DNA from: Candidatus Latescibacterota bacterium
GTDB taxonomy: Bacteria; Latescibacterota; UBA2968; UBA8231
Assembly: GCA_965205655.1 (NCBI GenBank)
Contig: CBDBIJ010000086.1
Location: 1-38,803 of the forward strand
DNA: 38,803 nucleotides
Direction of reading: 5' to 3'
Position numbers and translations under genes: made by a program
In this document: positions 9,456 to 18,876 of the stretch, piece by piece
Numbering within the stretch: position 1 is the first letter of the stretch
Layout: every line of letters starts with the position of its first letter
Notes under the pieces: model-generated
What the model was told of the DNA's origin: nothing
Databases searched by the model: none
What the model saw: only the letters and a program-made list of their open reading frames with translations

Positions 9456-10097
9456 CTACTCCGATGAGGAGTCCGTCGTCAACTCCTCCGTTTTCTCGGC
9501 GACAGCGACCGTGAAACCCTTCCCCTGTTTCAGTTTGGTATAGTTTCCGAATACGTCTTCGAAGTTGCGTTTGATCCACGTTCGGAGGCCACTGACCGTC
9601 ACGACGGCGATACGCCCACCAGGCAAGAGGTGTCGATAGCCGTCCTGCAGCATGATCAGGAGCATCTCCTTGCCCGTCTTTGCGGGAAGATTCGCGACTA
9701 CATTATCGAAGCGGACGTTCCCGGGCACCTGGCTGAAGGCGTTGCTGAGATAAGCCTTGCAGTTTTTCAAGTCGTTGACTTCGGCGTTCTTGCGGGCGTA
9801 CTCCACAGCGACGAAGTCCTTGTCGACCAGATGCACGTTGCCACCCGAGGTCTGTTTCGCAATCGCGAGGCCGATCGCACCGTATCCGCATCCGAGGTCG
9901 AGCGTGTCTTGCTGGTTGGCCACGTCCAGGTGCTCGATCAGAAGCGCAGATCCCGCGTCTACCTCGCGCGGACTGAACAACCCCCACGTCGTGTGGAATG
10001 TGAGATCGAACCCTGCGAGACGCTGCTGAAAGACGATGTCCTCCCTGAGCGAATCGGTCCTGGGGCTCTCACCGATCGACTGGCCGGAGGCTCCCAC
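9456..10097 (-). CDS. Class I SAM-dependent methyltransferase (MTS/RsmC-like)
   Basis: Motifs GLFSPREVDAGS, LDLGCGYGAIG and VVANLP. Confidence 0.88.
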   Translation of the reverse strand: MGASGQSIGESPRTDSLREDIVFQQRLAGFDLTFHTTWGLFSPREVDAGSALLIEHLDVANQQDTLDLGCGYGAIGLAIAKQTSGGNVHLVDKDFVAVEYARKNAEVNDLKNCKAYLSNAFSQVPGNVRFDNVVANLPAKTGKEMLLIMLQDGYRHLLPGGRIAVVTVSGLRTWIKRNFEDVFGNYTKLKQGKGFTVAVAEKTEELTTDSSSE

Positions 10098-10100
10098 TCT

Positions 10101-10563
10101 TCACTCCTTTCGCCTGTACACTACGAACTCAAACTCCTCGTGGTCCGTTCGCACTTCCGCGTTCCACTCGGATTCATCGAATTCGGGGAAAAAGGCATCA
10201 CCCTCGAAGTCACCTTTCATGTATGACAGGTACATCGTATCGGCCATCGGTAGCGTCTGAGCATAGATGCTCGCGCCGCCCGCGCTGAACACGGTCTTAC
10301 CGAAGGCCTCTCCTGTTTCGACCGCCTCCTCCACACTCGAGCACACGGTGGCGTTATCCGATTCAAGCGGAGCGACTGATGACGATGTTGTGAGCGCTCG
10401 TGAGGTCCGGACCGAAGATTTCGTGCGAGCGTCGCCCCATGATGACGGTCTGACCGCGGATGAACATCAGGAACTGCTCGTACTCCTCCGCTACCGACCA
10501 CGGCATGCCATCACCGCTGCCGATCACCCGGTCTTTCGACATTGCCGAGATGATGATCATCAT
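10101..10563 (-). pseudogene. folA: Dihydrofolate reductase, frameshifted near 10367
   Basis: The N-part has RVIG..GMPW, VIMGRRS and NIVISR. The C-part has AGGASIY and FEGDAFFP in another frame (LESDNATVCSS...). Confidence 0.85.
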
Positions 10564-10705
10564 CCTCCCCTCCTACCGACTGACTTTTTTCTTGCCAGAG
10601 AAACCGTTCCATTACTATACTTATGTGCACTATCTTCCCCCTCCGGGAGCCCGTAGCGGCTCCCTGCCTCACTATCTCTCACCTGTCTACCTATGGGAGT
10701 CGCGC

Positions 10706-13700
10706 GTGATCAGAAGGCTCGCCCCGGACGAAGTTCTCTCCAACCCAGACTCGACGTCGGTCACCGTCTTTCTCGATTTTCTGAAGCGTCACCTCATTGG
10801 CGACTCCATCGTCCACCACGAGGTCATCCCATCCCGTCCCGAGCGGCTCGCGACCGAATCGGCTCATCTCGGCCCGCACCTGCCTCGCATCCTGAAGGCC
10901 TCCGGTGTCCACTCCCTCTACAGTCATCAGGAGGAGGGGATCCGCAGCATCCTCGACGGTCATCACACTGTCATCTCCACCCCTACGGCCTCGGGGAAGA
11001 CCCTCATCTACAACGCCGCCGTCATCTCGCGTTTACTCGACGATCCGAACGGCTGCGCCCTCTACATCTTCCCCCTCAAGGCGCTCGAGCAGGATCAGCT
11101 CGACGAGCTGCAAACAGCGCTCACCAGGCTCGCCCCCTGCCCGCTCAGCGCCGAGATCTACGACGGCGACACAAAGCCCCACCGCCGTCAGAAGATACGC
11201 GAAAACCTGCCCAACATTCTCATCACCACGCCCGACATGCTGCATGCCGGCATGCTCGCCTTCCACGAACAGTGGGAAGCTCTTTTCAAGCGACTGAGGT
11301 TCGTCGTCACCGACGAGCTCCACACCTACAGCGGGATCTTCGGCTCCCACGTACTCCATCTGTTCCGGCGGCTGAATCGCATCTGCGCGTCGTATGGAAG
11401 CGATCCGGTGTACATCACCAGCTCCGCCACCATCGGCAATCCCGAGGAGCTCGCCGGCAAACTGCTGAACCGCCCCTTCCACTCCGTCACCGATTGCGGT
11501 GCGCCGACCGCCGACCGCCACTTCGTGTTCCTCAATCCGGGCGAGAGCCCGAATACGGTCGCCGCCCGGCTACTACAGATGAGTGTGGGCAAACAGTTCC
11601 GCACCATCGTCTTCACCCGCGCCCGCGTCATCACTGAGCTGATATACCGCTGGGCCACTCAGCACCGCCCCGACCTCCGCGAGTCCATCAGCTCCTACCG
11701 CGCCGGCTATCTCCCCGAGGAGCGCCGCGAGATCGAGTCCTCACTCATCTCCGGCGAGCTCCTCGGCGTCGTCTCAACTTCCGCCCTCGAGCTCGGCATC
11801 GACATCGGCGGCCTCGACGTCTGCATTCTCGTCGGCTACCCCGGCTCCATCGTCAACACCTGGCAGCGCGCCGGCCGCGTCGGCCGCTCCGGTCGCCAGT
11901 CACTCGTCATCCTCATCGCCAGTCGCGATGCCCTCGACCAGTTCTTCATGAAACATCCGGCCCGCTTCTTCGGACGCGACATCGAAGACGCCGTCGCCGA
12001 TCCGGCGAACAAGTACATCATGAAGTCCCACCTCGTCTGCGCCGCGCGTGAAGTGCCGCTGACGCTGTGCGAACCAGAGTATGAAATCTGCGGTTGGCGT
12101 GAGGCCGTCGACGAGCTTACGGCAGAGGGCGGTCTGCTGCAGAGCGCCGAGGGCGACGCCTGGTTCGCCTCGCGCAAGCAGCCGCATCGCTTCGTCAACA
12201 TGCGCACGATCGGCGAGTCGTGGAGCATCTGTGCCAGCGCCCACGGCGCTGCCGGCGCCAAAAGCGTTATCGGCACCGTCAGCGGCGGTCAGCTCTACAC
12301 CGAATGCTACGAGGGCGCCATCTACCTGCACCGCGGGCGTCAGTTCCTCATCGGCGAGCGCAATCCCGTCAAGCGGCACATCGATGCGGAGCAGGTGGAC
12401 GTGCCGTACTACACCCGGCCCAAGCAGGAGAAGGAGACGGAGGTCATCGAGGAACTGCAGTCGAAGCCGATGCACGGCTACCTGGCCAAGCTCGGCCGGC
12501 TCCTGGTCAGTTCCCAGGTCGTGGCCTACGAAAAGGTTCGCGTCGGCGATCTCGCCGTCATCAGCCGCCATCCGCTCGAGAGCCCCGTGGAGAGGTTCGA
12601 GACCGTCGGCTTCTGGCTCGAGATGGATGCGCCCTTCAAGAAGCACCTCAAGCGCCGCGGCTCTCACCACATGGGGTGTCTGCACGCCGTCGAGCACGCC
12701 GTGAAGTCACTGTTTCCCCTGCTGGCGCTCAGCAAGGGCACGGATGTCGGCGGCATCTGTTACCCCCTTCACCCGAAGCTGAAGCAGGGTGCCATTTTCA
12801 TCTACGACCAGTACCCCGGCGGTATCGGCCTCGCAGAAAAGGGGTTCCACATGCTCGACCGGCTCCTCGAGCTCACCCTCGAGCTGGTTGAGACCTGCGA
12901 TTGCGAGACCGGTTGCCCATCCTGCATTCACTTCCCCACCTGCAGCCACGGCAATGTCCCGCTCGACAAGACGGGCGCTATTCACCTTCTCGAGCTGCTC
13001 ACGAATCGCCGCCGTCTCGACCCGGAAGCTCTGGACGTGGCCGATATCGAGGCCGATCCGCCCGAGTTCGCTCCTTGGGAACTACAGCAAAGCGAGGAGG
13101 AAGAGGAGCCAGTTGCAGGGGGCCATTCGAATCCCCTGATCGCCGTGTTCGACCTCGAGACTCAACTTTCCGCCGCCGACGTCGGTGGCTGGAACAAGAC
13201 CTATCTCATGAGAATGTCCTGCGGCATCGTCTGGGACAGCCGCGACGAACGGTTCGTCACCTACGTGGAAGATCAGGTGGACGACCTCATCGAGCACTTG
13301 CGACGCGCCGATCTCGTCGTCGGCTTCAACATCGTCGGCTTCGACTACAGTGTTCTGAGAGGTTACACGCGCTTCGACTTCCGTGAGCTGAACACTCTCG
13401 ACATCATGCGCGACGTCCGCTCACACCTGAACTATCGCGTCAGTCTCGATGGGCTCGCCTGTGCCACGCTGAACGCCGGCAAGACCGCCGACGGCTTGCA
13501 GGCACTGCGGTGGTGGAAACAGGGACGGCTGGATCTGATCGAAAAGTACTGTAAAAACGACGTGAGGATTACTCGCGATCTGTTCCATCACGGTCTCGAC
13601 AAAGGGTATCTGCTCTTCGAGAGGAAGGACGAGGGACGCATGAGACTCCCCGTCGGCTGGCGTATGGAGCAGCTTGTCGATAACCAGCTAGGTCTCGCTG

Positions 13701-13708
13701 TATCGTAG
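10706..13708 (+). CDS. MrfA/Hrq1-like DEAH helicase with DUF1998, fused to a C-terminal DEDD (RNase H-like) exonuclease
   Basis: Helicase motifs TPTASGKT, DELH, SAT, TSALELGIDIG and QRAGRVGR; Cys cluster CDCETGCPSC....C; exonuclease motifs VFDLETQ, GFNIVGFD and YCKND. GTG at 10706 has a GGGAG RBS. Confidence 0.9.
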   Translation: MIRRLAPDEVLSNPDSTSVTVFLDFLKRHLIGDSIVHHEVIPSRPERLATESAHLGPHLPRILKASGVHSLYSHQEEGIRSILDGHHTVISTPTASGKTLIYNAAVISRLLDDPNGCALYIFPLKALEQDQLDELQTALTRLAPCPLSAEIYDGDTKPHRRQKIRENLPNILITTPDMLHAGMLAFHEQWEALFKRLRFVVTDELHTYSGIFGSHVLHLFRRLNRICASYGSDPVYITSSATIGNPEELAGKLLNRPFHSVTDCGAPTADRHFVFLNPGESPNTVAARLLQMSVGKQFRTIVFTRARVITELIYRWATQHRPDLRESISSYRAGYLPEERREIESSLISGELLGVVSTSALELGIDIGGLDVCILVGYPGSIVNTWQRAGRVGRSGRQSLVILIASRDALDQFFMKHPARFFGRDIEDAVADPANKYIMKSHLVCAAREVPLTLCEPEYEICGWREAVDELTAEGGLLQSAEGDAWFASRKQPHRFVNMRTIGESWSICASAHGAAGAKSVIGTVSGGQLYTECYEGAIYLHRGRQFLIGERNPVKRHIDAEQVDVPYYTRPKQEKETEVIEELQSKPMHGYLAKLGRLLVSSQVVAYEKVRVGDLAVISRHPLESPVERFETVGFWLEMDAPFKKHLKRRGSHHMGCLHAVEHAVKSLFPLLALSKGTDVGGICYPLHPKLKQGAIFIYDQYPGGIGLAEKGFHMLDRLLELTLELVETCDCETGCPSCIHFPTCSHGNVPLDKTGAIHLLELLTNRRRLDPEALDVADIEADPPEFAPWELQQSEEEEEPVAGGHSNPLIAVFDLETQLSAADVGGWNKTYLMRMSCGIVWDSRDERFVTYVEDQVDDLIEHLRRADLVVGFNIVGFDYSVLRGYTRFDFRELNTLDIMRDVRSHLNYRVSLDGLACATLNAGKTADGLQALRWWKQGRLDLIEKYCKNDVRITRDLFHHGLDKGYLLFERKDEGRMRLPVGWRMEQLVDNQLGLAVS

Positions 13709-13712
13709 CTGG

Positions 13713-14821
13713 TTACTCTGTATCGGAGGCGGGCTTGCCGAATGCGTCGGCGAACTGAAAGAAATCCTCGAGGTCGACCATGCCGTCGCCGTCGATGTCG
13801 AAGTCCGGCTCGGTCGTCCCGAAAGCGTCGGCGAACATGAAGAAATCATCGATGTCAACGAAATCGTTTCCGTCGAAGTCGGGAGAGTGCGGTCTCGGTG
13901 ACTCGATGATGTCGATGATGACGGGGACCACTTCAAGGTGTGGTCGCAGGTTGGCGAATGTTTCCGCTGCGTCCAGGGTCTGGAAATGCAGCGCCAGGCT
14001 CGAACGCTCCCCTAACTCTCCTATTACGCGAAACTTCAGGTTGAGGAGACTGACACTGCCACCGGCCCCTTCGACACTGAAGCTGGCGAATTTGAGCCTG
14101 CCTTCACCGTCTCTACGCGTCTGCGGATCGAGAAACCGACTCGAGCTGCCGTCGAGCACCCGGCTCAGCTCCAGAACCTCCTCGTCCCACGACAGCAGCG
14201 CATCGTAGGCCCGAGTTTCTCGGAGCCGGGTGGCAGCTTGAGCGCCACTTCCACGTCGATCTCGCTTCCCGTCCATGCTTGCTCTCTCGACACCTTCAGC
14301 TTGCCTGTAATGGCCAAGAGATCATCGTCAGCGATGCTGGCGAGCGCCGGGATGACCGCGAGGTGAGGCAGGAGATCCTCGAAGCTGTCCGAGGCAGCAA
14401 GGGCGGCAAAGGACAGCGAAAGCGCGGTTGAATCGCCGGCGGCTCCGATGACGGTAAACCGCGGCTTGAGCAGGCTCACCATACCAGTGGCACCGCTCAC
14501 GCTGAAGTGCGAGAATGTGAGCTCCTGCGCATCGAGCCGCGTCATTGGCCCCCGAAAAGCGAAGGTCTCACCATCTGCAATTCCGGCAAGCTGCAATACG
14601 TTGGAATCCCAGCTCAAGCTTGCCTGGTAAGCACCCAGCCGCGCGCTTGTAGACGACAGATCAACCGTCACGTGCGTCTCGATGGACTGGGCCGGCAGCG
14701 GCTCGCGGTTGTCGAGGTCGATGCGGGCGGTCACCGGCTGCGCTCCGAGCAGCCTGCACGTCGTCGCGATGACGATTGCAACCGCGCACACAGTAACTCC
14801 GACTGTCTGCCTCGATTTCAC
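13713..14821 (-). pseudogene. Secreted tandem-cohesin protein with a C-terminal dockerin/EF-hand-like module, frameshifted at about 14211
   Basis: Two homologous repeats (LGAYQASLSWD / LG-AYDALLSWD); adding one G to the G-run joins them. The C-terminus carries two Ca-loop repeats, DFDGNDFVDIDDFF and DIDGDGMVDLEDFF. Confidence 0.75.
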
Positions 14822-17814
14822 TGTCTGACGGTAACCCCGCGGCTCTCGAGCGCGGGAATGTGAACGTTGACGGCGTCCTGATTCAACGGGTTGTTGCGCA
14901 GATCCACATCGTCTCCGGCGCCGAGACCGAGGTTGTTCACCAGCGGCTCGATGTCGGTGATCTTGTTGCGCTTCAGGTTGAGTGAGGCAAGTTCTCCCAT
15001 TCCGGTGATGGCGGACACATCGGATATATCGTTGTCGTTGAGATCCAGGTCCCTGAGCTCAGCGAGACCGGCGAGTGCCGCGATTGCCGTCACCTTGTTG
15101 TCCGACAGATTGAGGTCTGTCAGCGACACCATTCCCGCCAGGGAACCGACATCGCTCACCGCGTTCTCGCTCAGGTCGAGCTCAGCCAGTTTCCACATTC
15201 CGGCCAGCGGCGAGAGATCGGCGATCTCATTCTCGCTTAGATCGAGCCCGATCAGGTTGGTCAGTGCCGCCAGCGGCCCCGCATTGGCTATTTGATTGTT
15301 GCTCAACTCGAGGTCTTCCAACCCGGTCAGGCCCGCGAGGCTGGCGATGTCGTCGACGACGTTGCCCCACAGCGTCAGCTTCCGCAGCGTCGTCAGTCCC
15401 GACAGGCCCGATACATCGGCGATCTGGTTGTCCTGCAGGGCCAGGGTCGTCAGCGACGTGAGGGTTGCGAGCGCCGACAGGTCGGCGATCTGGTTGCTGC
15501 CGAGCCGTAGCTCAGTCAGAGTCGTTGCCAACGCCAGCGGCGCCAGATCGACAATCTGGTTGAGACCGGCGTTGAAGGACTCTATCGCAGGGAGTAGCTC
15601 GACGCCCCCGAGAGACTGAACGGCCTGCTGACTCGCATCGAGATCCACCAGGTCGGCGATGTCGGCAGCCACGATATCGCCGCTGGGTTTCGCGATGGCG
15701 TTGCGAATGGCCGTCTCCAGATTGCCGTCTTCGATGACAGCGGCAGGTGTGAGATGAAAGCGCAGTGTCTCCGCCGCGGCCGTGGTTGTGGCTTGCACGA
15801 CGATGTCACCCATCGACGTCGGTGTGAGCGTGGTCGCCAGCTCGCCGCCCGCATCGGTGATGCGACTGTTGGCGGACAGCTCCCCTCCGCCCGAGACGAT
15901 GGTCAGCGCCACTGGCCTGCCCGGCGCCCCTTGCAGCAACTCGTCGACGATGGCGACGACGAGAGCGTCACTCTCCTGGTAGATGGGCACGATTTGGCCG
16001 TCGCCGGAGACGGCAGTCAAGGAGAGCGCCGGTGGCGCCTCGACGACGTCGATCGTGATGACGGTTGTGTCTGCCGCCCCGAAATCATCCGTAACCACGA
16101 GTGAAATCTGGTGCGCGCCCACTTCCAGATCCGTCAACGGTGCGACGGAACCGGTGCCGATCTCGGTATTCGTATCGAGATGCCAGGTGAGCCTCTCGGG
16201 GTTGAGGAACCCCGTTTCGGCATCCTCCCCCTGCCCCTGCAGCGCGATTGTCTGCCCGGCCTCGAACGTGGTCCCGTTTTGCGGACTGGTGATGGTGGAG
16301 GCGGGCGGTGAGTTGGCTATCACCAGCACCGTGTCGGGATCGCTGCTCGCCAGCCCGTTGTCGACGACGAGCCTGAAGCGGTATTCCCCGCGCGCGGTCA
16401 GGGTGACGGTGACAGCGAACGCTTCACCTGAATCGTTGAAGGGGAATTCCACTCCCACCGGATTGGTGGGGACCGACGCCCAGTGGTAGCTCAGGCCGCG
16501 ACCTGAGGGATCGATGCTGTCGCCGCCTCGGAGCGTGACGCTGCCGCCGGTGAAGATGACGTCGGCATCTGCCACCGCGGTCGAAGTCGGAACGTCTTGC
16601 GGCTTGAGCTCCACCGAATAGGCCAGATCCTCGCCTGCCAGCGACAGCGCTGCGGCGTGCTGGGCGTAGTCGGCCAGCTCGACGATGATGGTGCTCTGCA
16701 CCGTCTCCGTGACCACGAGTTGATAGAACCCGTCCGCATCGGTAACTGTCGCAAGTGGGCCCAATCGCACCTGGGCGCCCTGCAGGGCCTCGCCCGCCCG
16801 GTTGCGCACGAACCCGGAAAAGGTGTAGGTGGGCACTTCCGGCACCAGGACATCACCGATCTGCTCCGGGAGGTGCGGATTTGAGGGATCTACGCTGAAC
16901 GTGGCGATAATGAGCGCGTCGGAAATGTCGATCCGGCCATCCCCGTTCACGTCACCCAGCGACATGTCGCCGCCCTCTGGCGGCTGGACACTATTGTCCA
17001 GGCCGTAGGTGGCCACGACCAAGGCATCCGTGATCGTTACCGTGCCGTCTCCGGTCACATCGCCAAGGATGCCCTCCGCCTCAGCGACCACAGCGACTCC
17101 TGTAACCTTGGCGCTCCCCGCTGAACTTGCTTGACGAACTGTAAACGCGAGATCTGTTGTGCTGGCGTCCAGCGACAGCTCCGGAACGACGAGCATCTGG
17201 ATTCCGGCGCCCGCCACAGTGATCCCGTATGTTGCAGCTGCTTCATCATTCGATCGGTCCCGGACGCGGTTTGAAGGGCTGGCCGATTCGTGAAATCCAT
17301 GTGGTCCGTCGACGAGTATCATTCGGCGCGCCTCGAGCGCAACCCCGTCAACCGTCAGGCGGTAGATGTACACGCCGCTGGCGACCGCGCGTCGCGACTC
17401 GTCGGTGGCGTCCCACACGACGGTGTGGCGTCCGACGGCATACCAATCGCGGGCGAGTGTGCGAACCAGCTGGCCGAGGAGATCGAAGACTTCGATCGTT
17501 GCGAATGCGGCTCGGTCGAGCTCGAAGGGAATCGTCGTCGCCGGATTGAACGGGTTGGGATAATTCTGGAGTGGAAGGGTGGCGACGACGGGGATGGGAC
17601 CTTTGACGTGCAGAGTGAAAGCGCCTGCGTCATCGGTGAGCGTCGTCACCGGTCGAAGTGTGTACAGATCGAATAGCGTAACTCTGACGCCAGCCGCTGC
17701 CCGAGCTGACTGCGATCTCTGCACGCTGCCGCTGATCGTGAAGTCCGCCGAATCTGCGGCAGCGGCAGCGCCGGCGACGCCGAGCCAGGCGCACATCTTG
17801 AAATGACGAATCAT
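14818..17814 (-). CDS. Secreted multidomain surface protein (FlgD/CTD-like, dockerin, carboxypeptidase-regulatory-like, PKD/Ig, internalin-like LRR)
   Basis: Signal peptide; QNYPNPFNPATTI; paired GDVTGDG/GDVNGDG loops; about 10 LxxLxxLxLxxNxIxD 22-aa repeats. Confidence 0.85.
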   Translation of the reverse strand: MIRHFKMCAWLGVAGAAAAADSADFTISGSVQRSQSARAAAGVRVTLFDLYTLRPVTTLTDDAGAFTLHVKGPIPVVATLPLQNYPNPFNPATTIPFELDRAAFATIEVFDLLGQLVRTLARDWYAVGRHTVVWDATDESRRAVASGVYIYRLTVDGVALEARRMILVDGPHGFHESASPSNRVRDRSNDEAAATYGITVAGAGIQMLVVPELSLDASTTDLAFTVRQASSAGSAKVTGVAVVAEAEGILGDVTGDGTVTITDALVVATYGLDNSVQPPEGGDMSLGDVNGDGRIDISDALIIATFSVDPSNPHLPEQIGDVLVPEVPTYTFSGFVRNRAGEALQGAQVRLGPLATVTDADGFYQLVVTETVQSTIIVELADYAQHAAALSLAGEDLAYSVELKPQDVPTSTAVADADVIFTGGSVTLRGGDSIDPSGRGLSYHWASVPTNPVGVEFPFNDSGEAFAVTVTLTARGEYRFRLVVDNGLASSDPDTVLVIANSPPASTITSPQNGTTFEAGQTIALQGQGEDAETGFLNPERLTWHLDTNTEIGTGSVAPLTDLEVGAHQISLVVTDDFGAADTTVITIDVVEAPPALSLTAVSGDGQIVPIYQESDALVVAIVDELLQGAPGRPVALTIVSGGGELSANSRITDAGGELATTLTPTSMGDIVVQATTTAAAETLRFHLTPAAVIEDGNLETAIRNAIAKPSGDIVAADIADLVDLDASQQAVQSLGGVELLPAIESFNAGLNQIVDLAPLALATTLTELRLGSNQIADLSALATLTSLTTLALQDNQIADVSGLSGLTTLRKLTLWGNVVDDIASLAGLTGLEDLELSNNQIANAGPLAALTNLIGLDLSENEIADLSPLAGMWKLAELDLSENAVSDVGSLAGMVSLTDLNLSDNKVTAIAALAGLAELRDLDLNDNDISDVSAITGMGELASLNLKRNKITDIEPLVNNLGLGAGDDVDLRNNPLNQDAVNVHIPALESRGVTVRQ

Positions 17815-18073
17815 CGTATACGGCGACCGGAACGGCCGGGTGCTGGAGGGGTGGCGCGGGAAGGACGGGGGAAGGACGAACTAAGAGATTGTTTTTAGAG
17901 TAGTTATACTGCTATGTTCACGCCATTCTCGCGGTGTGTCAAGCAAAAAGGCCGGAACACGGGCGGTGACCGAAGTGCCGCGTCAGCGCGCCGTTGAGAC
18001 CTTCATCGACATGGCCAACGTTTCTTGATTCCCATCGTATGAGCAGCTACCTTCCGTTTTTCTGCAAGCGGGG

Positions 18074-18841
18074 ATGGTGATGAGACTCAACCAGGTACAG
18101 ATTGACCAGTTCGAGCGCGACGGTTACATCGTCGTCGAGGATGTCCTCTCCCCCGGCGAGGTGCAAGCACTGACGAAACGCACGGCGGAAATCGCCGAGG
18201 GAACGGTGCCTTTTCCGGCAGACCGTATCGAATATGAACCCGGTGTTTTGGGCGGCGAGCGCCACCTAAAGCATGTGCGCAAGACAAACCACGCTGCTGG
18301 AGTGGATCCCGTGTTCGAGGCTCATTCACAACACGCCGGGGTTCTGAAAATCGTCGAGTCCCTGCTCGGTCCGGACATCAAGCTCTTCGGCGATCAGTTC
18401 TTCATCAAACCTCCGGGCGGTATCGAGAAGACCTACCACCAGGATTCGCCCTACTTCACGATCGAGCCCATGGCGCTCGTCACCGCCTGGGCGGCCCTGG
18501 ACGACGTGACCCTCGAGAATGGCTGCATGTACGTCGTTCCCGGCAGCCATCTCGCGGGCGCCCTCGACCACAGCGAATCCTGGATGGTCGGCGATCGGCG
18601 TAACATGCGCATCCCCGACAGCGCCATCGATCGCTCGAAGGAGCGGCCCATCACTATGAGGGCCGGCGGCTGCTCGTTTCACCACAGTCTCATCCTCCAT
18701 CGCTCGGGGAACGAAACGGCGCACTTCCGCCGCGGATACGCCACCCATTACATGTGCTCTCGCTCGCGCTGGACCGGACCGCCCGAGGAAAAACCGGACT
18801 ATCCCCTGCTGCGGGGCGTCGAGTTCGAGGGCTGCGTGTAG
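18074..18841 (+). CDS. Phytanoyl-CoA dioxygenase (PhyH) family protein
   Basis: Motifs FERDGY, YHQD, WAALDDVTLENGCM..VPGSH and HRSG. Confidence 0.9.
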   Translation: MVMRLNQVQIDQFERDGYIVVEDVLSPGEVQALTKRTAEIAEGTVPFPADRIEYEPGVLGGERHLKHVRKTNHAAGVDPVFEAHSQHAGVLKIVESLLGPDIKLFGDQFFIKPPGGIEKTYHQDSPYFTIEPMALVTAWAALDDVTLENGCMYVVPGSHLAGALDHSESWMVGDRRNMRIPDSAIDRSKERPITMRAGGCSFHHSLILHRSGNETAHFRRGYATHYMCSRSRWTGPPEEKPDYPLLRGVEFEGCV

Positions 18842-18876
18842 GGTGATTAGATCTCCTCTCTCTCGCTGATCCCTCT

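Noticed and set aside
10460..13708. DISARM DrmB or other DUF1998 defence helicase; also the ORF-track start at 10460
   Set aside because: No drm or DNA-methylase partners are nearby and the architecture fits MrfA. The 10460 start overlaps the divergent folA gene.
14830..15600. Roughly 66-bp periodicity resembling a repeat array or CRISPR
   Set aside because: Explained by degenerate 22-aa LRR coding repeats; there are no identical repeats with spacers.
17880..17950. TTGACA and TATAAC/TATACT hexamers in the divergent intergenic region
   Set aside because: The spacing does not give a convincing -35/-10 pair, so the promoter position cannot be fixed.
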